Shown one piece after another: positions 23,621 through 37,051 of a stretch of 64,000 bases of DNA. A program made the position numbers and the translations under genes. Positions within the stretch are counted from its first letter, which is position 1. Each line of letters opens with the position of its first letter. The stretch lies in assembly GCF_016433145.1 (NCBI RefSeq), contig NC_058132.1, positions 610,831,525-610,895,524 of the forward strand, given 5' to 3'. Under the pieces are notes generated by a model that was given only the letters and a program-made list of their open reading frames with translations, made no database searches and was not told the origin of the DNA. This stretch comes from Gracilinanus agilis. Its lineage: Eukaryota.

Positions 23621-24229
23621 AAATTAACAGAGCTTAAGAATATATACTTCGAGGCTCCTTGGAGTGCTAAATGAATTTGGAGGTATCCAATGACATGAAT
23701 ATCTATCCTTCTCTATCTTTTCCAAGAGCACTTGCACTCTATTTTGTCAGCTTTGAGGTTACCATCATCTGACCCTTCTTAGAGAAAGTATAGCATGATC
23801 ACAGTGCTGGTGCCAAGCCACTCAGGGAATGGAAGGGCAGCAGAGCACAACTATGTGACTAGAAAGACATACATTACCCTACCTCCGGCAATTGGTTTGA
23901 GTTAGGGAATCCAAGGACATTTTTAAAAAGAATTGCAGCCGCAAATTCATCAACACGTTAAGAGGATCCACTTAAGGTTGAGACATTTGGCAGATAAAAG
24001 AGGCAGCTGAGGTTTTTTATGTTTTGCTTTTAGGTTTATTTGCTATTTATAAATAATGTTCTCAGTAAAGTTAAGCCTTTGTCTTATTTCCCATTGAACT
24101 TGTTTCCTTCTTAACTTCAGTTTGGTTTTTTGTTCCCTTTGAGATTCTGACATCTGAGTTTCTCATTATATGATTGGGGGTTAGGGAAAATGTAGCTAAG
24201 TTAATCTCATTTGGGTTCTCATGAAATAA

Positions 24230-25720
24230 TCAATCAATTAGCAAGCATTCTTAAGCACTTAGCATGTGCCAAGAATTGTGCTAAGAACTAGAGATATAAA
24301 GAAAAAGCAAAAACAGTCCCTTTCCTAAAGAAGCTTACATTCTAATGGGATAGAAAACAGATGCATAAATGGACACATAAAAATTACATTCAGAAGAGAT
24401 GGCAGATAACAATAGCAGGTGCTATTAGTCAGGGGGACTAGAAGAAGCTTTCTTCATCATATGGCTTTGGAACTGTGTCTTCAAAGAAACCAGGATTCTA
24501 AGCAGAAGTTAGGAAGAAAAGCATTCCAGGTATAGAGGTCAACCAGTTATAAAGGTATAGAGATGGGAGTTCAAATGTTGTATATGAATAATATAATCAG
24601 GTCTGTATAGAATCACTAAGTGACTGATTCAAGCTTAAAAGGAAATATAATTTGATAATATTCAATGATTTTTTAAAGCATCTACTGTATGGAGGACACC
24701 AGGTGAGACGCTGAGTAAGACAAAAAGCTAAAATAATACTGTACTTTCATTGATCTTATTAATTAAAAGGTTATACAGTAGGGTGACAAGATACAGTCAT
24801 AGATAACCACATTATACAACATCATTTATCCAATACAGAATTGTTACTGATAGAGGGTATCAGGAAAGATTGTGCAGGATATGTCCTTTAAGTTACATTT
24901 TAAGGAGGGTTAGAAGTAAATACCTGAAAAGAGGAAATATAGTTATATAAGATCATATAAGCAAAGACATAGAGATGAGAAAGACATGTCTAGGGAAACT
25001 CCACAGGGAGACTTTTCTCCTCCAAAGTCATATAGGTTCAGCAGTAGAAGCTGAACCACCTTCCAAAGACAAGTCAAAAAACCAACAACGTTCTATAGAC
25101 ATGCTCTATCATGAGTGACCAGTGGGGACACTCCTCTCTCCACATTAAATCTTCTCCATATAGCATTCTTATATATACAGAAATACAACTCTGTTGTGGA
25201 CAATTCCTGGATATAATACAAAAGTGATTAACCTTATAAACGCCTTGTTGATTCCATTCCCAATTACTAGCATCTTGAAAAAATTTGGGTGCCAGAGATA
25301 AATAGTAAAGTCAAGAGGATGCACTTTATGGGGGGTAAAGATAATTAGCTCAGCTTTGAACAAATTGAATTTGAATGTTACAGATTTGAAACTCAGAAGA
25401 GATGTCAGGAACCAGTTGAAAATCTGCACAGAGCAGGTCATTGAACCCAAGCAAGAAAAGAAGCCATGGAAGTGAATTACCATTAACGAGAAGGTAGAAA
25501 TAAAGAGTATCAAGAACAGACCTAGGGAGAATACTTACTTTAAGGATTTAGGAAATAGGTGAGGAACCAGTGCAGAAAACAGAGGAGTAAATGAAGAGAT
25601 AGGCAAACAAGTAGAATATGATATCACTGAAATGAGAAAGGAATGCATATCCAATAGAAGCAGGAATATGCTGAAGCCAGTTAAGCCTGGATAGCAAATT
25701 GGTGAATTTTTAGTGTAGAA
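24230..25720 (-). mobile_element. L2 LINE fragments
   Basis: Antisense L2 tails (agcattcttaagcacttagcatgtgccaag) and body (agctttgaacaaattgaatttgaatg). Confidence 0.65.
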
Positions 25721-26531
25721 TATTAAAGTATTATGATAAATTCACACACATCACTATTTTACTAACCCAAGCCCTAGATTACATATAGGGCTGTGAGGTG
25801 GAATACTAAATTCCTTCCTAGGTTTTCCTTTACAGAGGGCCAAAGTTGGATTTATAAATCATTCCACTATCTACCTCGGCTTTGCCTTATTTCAACTCCA
25901 TGGTGAACCCTAGTTGAGAGTACTTCCTCGTGTCAACCTCCACTTTACTTTCCAGCTCCTTTTCATGTGTTATCTTTCCACATTAGATTGCAAGCTTCTT
26001 GAGAGCAGAAGCTCTTTCTTTTCTTATTTGTAGCCCAAATGCACAGCATCTGGTCAAAAGTGGGCACTTAATAAATGTTTATCGGATTGATTTGAATTTA
26101 TACCTCAAAATCATTATAAATCAGTGCTTGATGTATTGTTTTGTTGAGCTCTAGATTTAAAAATATTAATAATGCAGATTAAACTTTAAAATGTGCATAT
26201 ATTTTTCCCCTGGCCAGCCCACTTATTAAAATATTTATCAGCACACCCCTGAAAAAGAGGGACATGTCAACAAAATTAAATGATATAGAGAATTAAAGGA
26301 GAATGACAAATGGAAAGGCAATCTTGGATTTAGTGATAATGAGGTAATTGGTGACCTGAGAGAGAATAATTTCACTACTGTGATTGAGTGTAGCAGTCTT
26401 ATTGCAAAATACTGAAGGGAAAATGAAAGTTTTTAAAAAATGAAGTCTTCAGGAATAGACTTTTCTAAGAAGCTTAACAATGCCAATCAAGGTCCCATTG
26501 AATAAATAATGAAATATAACTTTTGCTTCTT

Positions 26532-26715
26532 TTTTTTTTAAACCCTTGTACTTCGGTGTATTGTCTCATAGGTGGAAGAGTGGTAAGGGTGGGCAATGGG
26601 GGTCAAGTGACTTGCCCAGGGTCACATAGCTGGGAAGTGGCTGAGGCCGGGTTTGAACCTAGGACCTCCTGTCTCTAGGCTTGACTCTCACTCCACTGAG
26701 CTACCCAGCTGCCCC
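26532..26715 (-). mobile_element. Young full-length SINE1_Mdo-type SINE with 16-bp TSD
   Basis: TSD ataacttttgcttctt at 26516-26531 and 26716-26731; CpGs intact; poly-A tail; reverse strand starts GGGGCAGCTGGGTAGCTCAGTGG. Confidence 0.95.
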
Positions 26716-27136
26716 ATAACTTTTGCTTCTTGACAAAAATGCAGGAGACTATTACACTAGAAAATTATGAAAATTACCAGAGGTGGTCTCTATATCAAAT
26801 ATTTTTCCTTTAACTTTTTATTAAAAAGAAACTTTAGTTATAGCTTGGAGGAGGACTAGGAGAGATGGATTTGGGATATATGAGAAATTACTATGATGTA
26901 AAAATAAAATATATCAACCAAAGTTTAATTTTTAAAAAATTAACATTGAGGAAGATTGAGGTTGAACAGTGAGTGAGATAGAGGATCAAGAAAAAAATTT
27001 TAGTGAGTGTTGAGCATGTTTGCGGATAATTGATAGGTTCCATGTAAAAGTACACATCAGAGCTCCAATCTACCACCTTTTATGTCCTCTCTAATTCTCT
27101 AACACACCCATGCTTGGGTGAAAGAAAAGAAGTGAG

Positions 27137-27193
27137 GAAGGAAGGAAGGAAGGAAGGAAGGAAGGAAGGAAGGAAGGAAGAAGGAAGGAAGGA
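27137..27193. repeat. (AAGG)n microsatellite running into a gap
   Basis: Seen directly. Confidence 0.95.
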
Positions 27194-27639
27194 NNNNNNN
27201 NNNNNNNNNNNNNNNNNNNNNNNNNNNNNNNNNNNNNNNNNNNNNNNNNNNNNNNNNNNNNNNNNNNNNNNNNNNNNNNNNNNNNNNNNNNNNNNNNNNN
27301 NNNNNNNNNNNNNNNNNNNNNNNNNNNNNNNNNNNNNNNNNNNNNNNNNNNNNNNNNNNNNNNNNNNNNNNNNNNNNNNNNNNNNNNNNNNNNNNNNNNN
27401 NNNNNNNNNNNNNNNNNNNNNNNNNNNNNNNNNNNNNNNNNNNNNNNNNNNNNNNNNNNNNNNNNNNNNNNNNNNNNNNNNNNNNNNNNNNNNNNNNNNN
27501 NNNNNNNNNNNNNNNNNNNNNNNNNNNNNNNNNNNNNNNNNNNNNNNNNNNNNNNNNNNNNNNNNNNNNNNNNNNNNNNNNNNNNNNNNNNNNNNNNNNN
27601 NNNNNNNNNNNNNNNNNNNNNNNNNNNNNNNNNNNNNNN
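27194..27639. other. Assembly gap (446 N)
   Basis: N run. Confidence 1.
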
Positions 27640-28924
27640 GAACTTTTATTCTACCATAAAATTGCTTTGCCACCTAAGTTTAGAGGGGCATGTCAAAAGA
27701 TAATAACTTTGTCTGGAAAGCTAAAATGGCCTGAAACAAAATTGGGTGTCAAAATTCTCAGAGAAATTCATCAGACTTCCTTGGTCTTGCTCATCCATGT
27801 AGATAAATACATACATTTTTGGGGAAAGGGTAATGTGTATGATTTTTTCTCATACAAGTAATTCTTACCTATATGTGCTGAAATGCTCATTTCTCAGTCC
27901 ATTAAGTTCAATTTAATGCATATAGAACATGTCCAGAATCAATAGGACTTTGAAGGTTTCATTTTTAATTTTACTCAGATGAAAAATTCTATGTGCTTGC
28001 CTGATAGTTGCAGCACTTGCGCAGTCAAGACAACGGGCCCCACAGGAAGCATGAGGCCAAGGTTAAAGCACTTCTAAGTCAAGATGCTACAATACCCAGA
28101 GAACCAATTTCCCACAGTATCGTGTGACTTCTGCTATTTTATTGGCACATGCTGAATCTGAGAGTAAGAGGGGTGCCCTGGGACCAATTTCAGTTGCAGA
28201 TGTGTAACTCCTAGCTTTAAATTTTCCCAAACTTTCACAAGATTCAAGGTTACTACCTTGGCTTATTAGACTTTAGGAGATTTTGTACAATGAACAAAAA
28301 AGTATAGGAATGATTAAAAGAAATATGGAATGCTCTTGAGGCAAGATCCCAGCTATGGTCTAGAATAGCAAACATTTCCCAAAGAAGGAGCCAAGTCTCT
28401 GTTTCCTAGGAAAATTGCTGCTCTCAACCTTCAAAATGATGCCACTGCATCCTCAGTGTGCATGTGAGTTGTTTCAATGGTAGTGATGCTAGATTTCAAT
28501 GGAATCATCTACCCTGTTTATTCTGAGCCCACTTGTAACCAGTGACATGCATTTGCAAACAGTCATCTTGTGCCATAATCTACCCAGGTATTGGTATTTT
28601 TTCTATCTCTTGAAATTATTTAAGTATGATTTTATTTTCTTACACTATATTTACCTCTGTATGAAATGTCTATATCTAAGACCATGCTTTCCAGCCCATA
28701 TAGACATCTACACTAAATCCTTTCTACTATATATTGTTGTTCTCTTGATAATGCTTGTACATCTCACCTCTTCCATATTTTACTGGGAAAAAAGTGGATC
28801 CAAAACTCATTATTGAAAAGGCATGACAATAGATTGCCCTAGGACTCTAGTTAGGATTCCTATACTGTAACTCCTCAGGACCAAATTCCTTTCTCTGGCC
28901 AACCCTCCCTGATCTGTGTTGTCT

Positions 28925-29045
28925 TTCTCTGATAGAATGTGAGTTCCTAAAGAACATGGACAAATCTAAACTGTGGTTATCTTCATCCCTGGCACCTGGG
29001 ACAGTGTCTGACACATAACAGATGCTTAATAAATGTTTTTTCATT
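28925..29045 (+). mobile_element. L2 3' tail
   Basis: tagaatgtgagttcct...cagtgtctgacacataacagatgcttaataaatg. Confidence 0.8.
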
Positions 29046-29096
29046 ACCTTGGCATGGATACTTAGTACTGATTCCTAGACAGAAGGTAAGTTATTT

Positions 29097-29097
<1 letters not shown>

Positions 29098-29134
<37 letters not shown>
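29098..29134. repeat. (TA)n microsatellite
   Basis: Seen directly. Confidence 0.9.
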
Positions 29135-29139
<5 letters not shown>

Positions 29140-29889
29140 TTCATTCATTCATACTTTCCAGTGTATATATAGGTTTCTAAAGGTCAGAAAGTATTTTTCA
29201 TTGTGGTTCCCAGAACATAGCATATTGTTGTGCCCAACATAAGAAAAAATTAAGTAATTTTATTAATAACTTTAATTTTTATCACTTAAATTTTCTATAG
29301 TATTTCTCCCGTTAACCATTCACAAAGACTCAATTTATATAACAAAGAATTTTACAAAGGATAATTTTAACAAATATTTATTGAATTGAATTGAATTCTA
29401 GCTTTGCCACTTGCTAACCATGTGAAATTTAGCGAGTCATCCCACACACACTACCATGAAATTCAGTTTCCTCAACTACAAGTGAAGCTTTTAGACTAAA
29501 TGACTTCTATATAGGTAATTCAAAAAGCTATTGTATTGAGAGATGGAAGAAAGATCCCCTTTCATCCCTAAATCCTAGGATTCTTACAACAATCCTTTGT
29601 GGTAAGAAGGACAAGTGTTATTGTCTCTATTTTATGTTTTATAGAGGGGCAATCTCAAATTCAGGAACCCATGAGTTCAAGTCTTGCTTCTGCCATATAC
29701 CAGCTATGTGACCTTTTAGGGCTTTAAGCATCCCTCTGAGTCTTTAATTTGCATAATTATTGTTGGCTCATATTTCTAGAGGGAGTGTCTGACCAGGGTG
29801 AAATTATAAGTGTAGTCTCATACCATTCTCATTTTATAAATGAGGAAACTGATTCTCAGAGATTCCCTGCTTTATCCAAGTTCATGGCT

Positions 29890-30195
29890 CTAATAAATGA
29901 CACCACCTGACTTAGTACACATTGCCCTCTTCCCTAAACCCTGCTCTCCTTCTGAAAGCAAATCATTTAGTTCCAGTCTTTGTATTTCCATCTGCAGCTC
30001 TTCTTGTTCTGAAGATAACCCCCTGTGGCTATTCCCTAATTTCTTCTTGCCCTCTTCCAGTTTCCTTTTGTGGACTTTCTTCTCTGTTTAGATTCTAAGC
30101 CCTTTGAAGGCAGGGACTATCTTATTATTTCTATTCTTAAGAATTAGCATAGTGCCTGGCACATAGCAGGAACTTAATAAATGTTTATTATTGAA
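29890..30195 (+). mobile_element. L2 3' end
   Basis: cttccctaaaccctgctctcc...tagcatagtgcctggcacatagcaggaacttaataaatg. Confidence 0.75.
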
Positions 30196-30597
30196 TTGAG
30201 TGAAGCCTGCTAGTATGGAAAAATGGTTTTCTCTGTATTAACAGGCAGGCAACCTTGTGAAGAAGTTAAAGCTTGTCTTTGCTTTGAAAAAGACCTTGAA
30301 TGGCAGTTATCAGGAATTTATTTTTAATTTGTCAGAGATCTTTCTCTCCCAGAAAAAATGGTATTCATCTTATTGTTGTCATTACATCTTTATATGTGAG
30401 CATTGAAGCTATAGTGTCACTGGGTAGGAATTAAAGTTCAGGGGCAACATCCAACTAGTGATGATGTGCATTTCTTGTCTTCTCTTCCCTTTGTCTCAAA
30501 TGCAATATGATAGGTTGCCCATCTTTGTGAGCTTTGGAATGAAACAAAACCTGAGTATGCAACATAGAATCAAGTTCTACTGCTTACTAACTATAGA

Positions 30598-30960
30598 ACT
30601 AGTTAGTTCACTTGGTTAGAGAGCTAATGAGGCCAGGGTTTGTAAGCCTGATTCCCTTAAGAGCTAATTAGTTTCTCTCTTACCCAGGCAAAGCCAACCC
30701 CAAGCTGCCACCTGCTGACCCACAGCTTTCAAGACCTAAAGAAGACAGGATCTTGGTTGGAGAGAGTCAAAATTCTCATTTTGAGACCCAGGATCTAGAG
30801 GAGAAAAGTGGCCAAGAGGCAGCAGGAGACAGCATGTCTCTCAGCTCAGATAGCTACCTGCATATTCTCCTAGAGCTAGCCAACCAATGGAGCATATAGA
30901 GTCTTAACAGAAAAAATAATCAACCTGCCTGTAAAATAAAAAATGGCAAGATAAAACCAG
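30598..30960 (+). mobile_element. Ancient tRNA-headed SINE-like element
   Basis: agttagttcacttggttagagagctaatgaggccaggg resembles a decayed tRNA-Ile-like head; the body is not CORE-like. Confidence 0.4.
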
Positions 30961-33129
30961 CCTCTGATCTCAGATATCTCAAAAATCCAAATACATACTT
31001 AGCATCACACCTATTTTGGTGTATGGCTTCTTTTCACTCTTAATGAAACATTTATTCACGAAAAATAGGATTATTTGTGTGCGGGGTAGGGGTGTGTGTA
31101 TAACAGAGATAACAACCTTACCACTTCTTTGGAAATCATCCCAGCTTTGTCTTTTTTTCTTAGTTCTTAGAATGCAGTAGGCACTTAGTAAATGCTTATT
31201 GATTAATTTACACCCTCCCCAAAATAGAGAGAAATGGGAAATTATATGGCACAAAGTCACTTTTGATACTTCAGAAAAGAAATAGTATTTTTAAAGACAA
31301 CAGAATAATAGTTTTAAAGGCAATGGAAGCTTTATTGTGCCTCATTTTCTTTCTGTCTCATGCCCTAGTGGAGTGGAAGGTTTTCTTTTCTACTTAGATA
31401 CAGAGTGGGGCATACTAGGGGTTATCAGTTCCAAATTCTCATAGTCGTTACTTTCTCCTGAAAATTAGTTTTCCACTTTTAGTCTCTTGCAGCTACTCTA
31501 GGATTTATCACAATTTTTCTATCAGTTATTTCTACAATGCAATCTGTGGACATTTTCAATATAACCCATATTTGGCACAATTTCAGTCATGTATTATGGT
31601 CTTTTCATGTTTAATGCCATATATCTAGCCTGTCCCAGACCAGATCATGCTTCACATCCTCTTCAGTTGTTGAATCCATCATCTTGCCAACTGCCCAGAC
31701 CCCAAAAGTGAACTCAACTAAACTACCTCCACCTGACTTCCTTCTGGTGAAGGGGCAGATGAGGATATTGTGTTCCTATGGGCAGGAATACTGTGGAAGC
31801 AGGGGCTCTGGAGCACTTATTTGGTTAGATATCAAAGAAGGCAATGCTATTCACTGATTCCTGAGCCATCACCATCACCAGTAATATTGCCTTTCAACTT
31901 GCCACTAGACTGATGACTTTAGAAGAGAGAGTGAAGCCGAAGACATTGCACAATTCTGCCTCATATAAGCCCAATTTATGCATGTGTCAAAAGACTTGGG
32001 TCCTCTTCAAGAACAAAAGACAACTAACCATCAAGTCACTTCATGTTCTTGGTATAGGAATCAATATCAATATTGCTTCTGGAAGGGATTTAAATATGAC
32101 TCGTGGATCCCATCCTTGTGACTCTTCAGATCAAAATTCCCTTCCCCAGTCACCATTCTCCTACATAGGTAGTTCTCTATTAGAATGTAAGATCCTTGAG
32201 GGAAGGGAATGTTTATTGTATTTGCATTCTCAGAGCTTAGCTTGTTGCTTGGCACTTAATACATTTTTCATTTATTTACATTGTATATGCATATACATAT
32301 GTCCACACATATATACATATACAAATAAATTGAATGCATATATTTACATGAAGGTGCACATATACATCAAAATCCAGTGGCAATGTTTATATATGGATAG
32401 CCCCAGATACACCATAAATCCATAGACACCACAGACCTCGATTGACTCAGTCTCACACATACATACCATTGGTCATGAAAGGACTGCTGGAAAAATAGTC
32501 AAAGGCTATTCCCCACTATTGTTTGGTCAATACTGTATTTCCATATAGACAGCCCATTATTACAACCCTGCCAGAGTCCCTTAAATTCCTGTTGTTTCAA
32601 ATCACCATCTGCGAAATAAAATGATTGCACTCACCACTGACATCATAGAGCTTAAGGAATTTGTTGTGGAAGAATGAGACAGTTGTAAGGCTGCCAGGAA
32701 GACTGAGTGGCCATCCAGTCCATTCTGATCATGCCTACGTGGTCCCAAGCAGAAAAATGTTTATTCTCTCTCTAAAAGTCTAGAGCTTAAATGCTAACTA
32801 ATCATCCCATTAAGACCCAAAGCTTAAGAGCCAACTAATTATTTTATTACATCAAATTTCTTAGAACAATATTGTATATTATCTTGTTCATAGTCCTCTC
32901 CATTCAAGGGAATAGCAGGTTCTATAATGCTAATTAATTCATTAATTAAACAATTCCTTACATAGCTCCTGTGAGACATGTAATTCCCCCATCATCAGAG
33001 CACAAGGAGGCACTTACAGATTAAGGTGATATCTTTGTGAGGCATGGATTTCCAAATACCACAACCCTTAAACTAGCCTTTCCTGCAATTATTGATTGGC
33101 CTCTGGGGGTGATAAAATGGAAGGTATTA

Positions 33130-33500
33130 GCATGTTGAACTTAAATAATAGCTCTGAGTCCAAATCCAGCCTTTCGCACCTTCAACTTATGTGACCTTGG
33201 GCAAGTCACTCATCTCTCTAGGCCTGAGTTTCTTCATGTGTAAAAGGTTGTTTTGTGACCTCTTAAGCCGCTTCCAGTTCTAAATCTATAATCCTACAAA
33301 GTAATTCAAGGCATGAAAAATGTTCTACATACCCTAACTCACTTGGTCTTCATAAAAAAAGTTCCATGAGTTAGGTGCTATTATTACCCTGGTTTTCTAG
33401 AGGAAAAGATAGGCTGAAGCTAATGGTTGCTAATATTGCACAGTTGATAAATACGTGAGAGGCTACTCAAACCCAGATCTTCCTGAATAATTTTATCCAC
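33130..33500. mobile_element. Two MIR-type SINEs (sense, then antisense)
   Basis: gagtccaaatccagcc...tgtgaccttgggcaagtcac; then gtgctattattaccc...ctactcaaacccagatcttcctga. Confidence 0.75.
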
Positions 33501-34962
33501 TATACTTTTCTACCTGCAATTCCTCTGGGAAAGTCAATCAAGCAAGAAAATTCACTGCTTTGATGCCTGATTGCCCTCAGAAACAAGGACAGAAGATGGC
33601 AAAACCAATGGAAACCTGCTCCTACTGTGAGCTCATGCTTCACTGCACCTAAAGCCTCAGTTGGTCTGTATTTAATGTAAATTGATTCCATGTTTGCCCA
33701 AATAATTAAATATGATTTGTTTAAATCTCATATGGAAGAAAAACCACAAACACATTACTTGGGACATGGTAAAAGTAGTCCTCTGTAAAGCAAATCCTTT
33801 TTTTTTTAATCAGGAATTAAACGAATAAGAGTTTCACCATATGCAGCCTGAGACATCACTTGACACTTAGCCGCCCTTTAGCAGGGCCAGATTATCACTT
33901 TTCATTATTTGATATATTTTTCAGGCCTGCAACTGGATCTCAGTGAATTGGTGAGAGCAGCAAATTCATTTTATAACAGGTTTATCACTTCATCAGGTAT
34001 TCATTTAAGCAGAATTCATTGCATAACTGGATCTCTTTGGCCTCATGTGACATGTTTTTCCAAATGGAATGATAATAAGTTGAGAAATGTAATACATAGT
34101 TACAGACTGCCCATCTCCACAAGGTACTGGGACATCCAAAGGAGGAAATTACTTTCATTCTCGAGCCACTGAACACTATGGGATCAATGGTCAGCAATTT
34201 TAGGGCCTGGCTGCAGGGAAATCTGGAGCTGCCACAATCCTTTGGCTGTAAATGAATGAAACTAACAACTATATTACAGAGAAACCAGCATAGGAGATTT
34301 GAGTTTGGAAGAGAGAAAATAAATTGAGCAAAAGAAAGTATTATGATACAGTTTCTTTTAGCTACTAAGCCAGATCAAATGGGGAAATGGTATGAAATTA
34401 ATTAAGAAACTAAAATTAAAACTCAAAGAAAAAGCTATTACAAAACTCTAGGCTTAATTCTGATTTCTAGAGCTCAGTAAAATATGGTTGCAATTATTCA
34501 CACAAATCTATAGTCTATAAACTTTAACTTCTAGTCTGAGGTAAAGATTGAAAATTTGATGAGTTTCTGTAGGATGGAATTAGGTTGATCAATTGCATCG
34601 TGACAAAAATAACTAGCCTCCAGATGAAAATCCTTGATTGCCAAAATAAATCAAATCAAAACATGTCCCCATTTAAGTTACATTAAACTACTGAGTCTCA
34701 TTTTTAAATTCCCCAATTGGAGGACACAAAATAAAACCTATAAATCCATAGATGATACATATAATTGTTGTGTATTACAAAGATTTTTTTATTATCAAAT
34801 TTTACATTTTATCATCCTCAGCAGAACACTAGTAAGACAACAAGAAATGGATTTAATTACCAAATAAACCAAAATAATCTTTCAACCTACATATAAAACT
34901 TTGAGCTGTCATTAGCCTTTAAAACTTTTGTATTCACTCTGTGTGTGTGTGTTGTGTAAGAG

Positions 34963-34967
<5 letters not shown>

Positions 34968-35020
<53 letters not shown>
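34968..35020. repeat. (GA)n microsatellite
   Basis: Seen directly. Confidence 0.95.
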
Positions 35021-35023
<3 letters not shown>

Positions 35024-36541
35024 AGTGTAGAGTAGACAAACTAGAATGTATATCTCCATTTTCTCCAGTCAAAATTTTTTTAGGAGGTACAAACAATTAC
35101 AAGATAGTGTTTGGCCATGTCCCACATGACCTTCAAAAGTCCATTATGTTAGTCCAGAAAACCTTCAGACTCAAAGAGAAAGCCAACCTTTGAGGGGAAG
35201 ACAAAGAGATATATGGAGCTGGAAAGGAGGAGGCTTCAAGAAGGCAAATGGAGATGGGAGACTGAAACCAGAACAATGGCAGCCCTTACAAAAATTACTA
35301 AAGGATTTCTGAGAGCAAAGGAGAGTGGGCTAATCAGGTAGAAGGAAAAAGCATCAAACAAGAAAGGAAATACACAATGATGCCTTTAAGTATGGGAGTA
35401 TAGGAGTGGGATAGGTGGTTTAGAAACAGAGGACTGATCCTGTTATTCTGAAGGCTACTCTGTAGGTAGGTATGGGGAAGCCTGCTTACCTTTTTTTTTT
35501 GTTTAACCATTTGTGTGCATGTGTGTGTGTGTGATATGCATAATTTATTTATTTATATATGATACTAACTTTCTTTTAAACAATTATTCATTATAGCCAT
35601 TTGCTAGTATGGGTGTCCTTATTGGGAAAAGAAACAGAGACAGAGAGTTATAAATTAATTGGATGTAACTTCTTAGAGCAAAGTGTTTATATTTATTTTT
35701 AAAATATTTTTCTATGTTTACATATTTCATTTTCTTTCTTTCCCCTCTTCCCTCCTCCCCTCCTGGATCCAATGAACACTCACTGGGTTATACAAATATT
35801 ACCGCTTATACCTATTTCCATATTAGAGCAAAGTGTTTAAACAGCAAACTCACCTAAGCAATGAATTAGCAGTGATAAATAGGAATGGTTTAAAAAAATC
35901 TGCAGCCCCTCATCCCCCACAATTGCCACATTTTTTCAAAATCTAGAGAATGGGGGAAGTTAAAGATATGTGGAGGTCACATTGGCCAATTTTCCCCCAT
36001 TAAAAGGATTATTGGGATTTTGTCTGGAAATCTCCCTTTCAAAGAACTAAAGCAACTAGCTTGAAATAAATATGTTGATAAAGCAGAAATTATAGTCCTG
36101 CCCTCAGTGTAATAGAGTTCATTCTTCCAGGTGGGATTGGATATCAAGGTAATTCTAACTCTGTCCCCTGAAAATTAAATAATTCCAGATAGAAAAAGCT
36201 AATAAACCATATTCGGACTCACTCAAGTCCTAATCTGATTCATCATTGAGACCTGAAGGCTGTCAAAGGTCCTTTGTGAAAGAATACAAGTCTGACAGGC
36301 TCTACCAAGCTTGAAAGGCTTCATACACCATCCTGGAAATTTATCTGTCTGTCTGTCTTCTAAGAACTAAGTTTGAAGAAAGACTCCTCATTGGAAGATT
36401 GGCCAACCAAAGAATATGGTTTTGACCACAGCAACTCATGAGGAACATCTACTATGGACTGGATGGGTTTCCAATTTGTGTCAGTAGAGAGAATGCCCAG
36501 TCAATCAATTAACATGCATTTATCAAGTATAAAGATACCCA

Positions 36542-36790
36542 GGGGGCACAGTAGATAGAGCATTAAGTCTGAAGTTAGGAAAGTCTGAGTTCAGATCTTA
36601 CTTCAGACAGTAGTAAGCTATGGGACCTTGGGCAAATCAGTTACCCTCTGTTTACCTCAGTTTCTTCAACTATAAAATGGAGGTAAGAACTGCATCTATC
36701 TCTCAGGGGTATCAAACAAGATATCTATAAAACATTTAGTATAGTACCAGGTGCATAATAGGTGCTATATAAATTCTAGCTCTTATTATT
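36542..36790 (+). mobile_element. Marsupial CORE-SINE with L2-derived tail
   Basis: ggggcacagtagatagagc...tctgagttcagatc...gtaccaggtgcataataggtgctatataaat. Confidence 0.8.
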
Positions 36791-37051
36791 ATCAGGTACT
36801 GTACTAGATGCTGGGGATACAAAAACAGAAGAAAAAAAGAATCCCTAGCCACAAGTTCACATCAGTGAAATTGTAGTTCTTTTGAATATTAAGGCTAACC
36901 TCTACATTATAATTAGGTAGAAATTAGTCTTACCTCAGCACTGATTTTATAAAATATTGCACAATGGCAAACCCTACCACAAAGTATATATAGGTTGTGT
37001 TTTATAAAAAATAATAGTTGCTGACATTAATAGCTGACAATAATTTAAAAC

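Noticed and set aside
33869-33890. CTCF-like motif gccgccctttagcagggc
   Set aside because: Mismatches in the invariant core.
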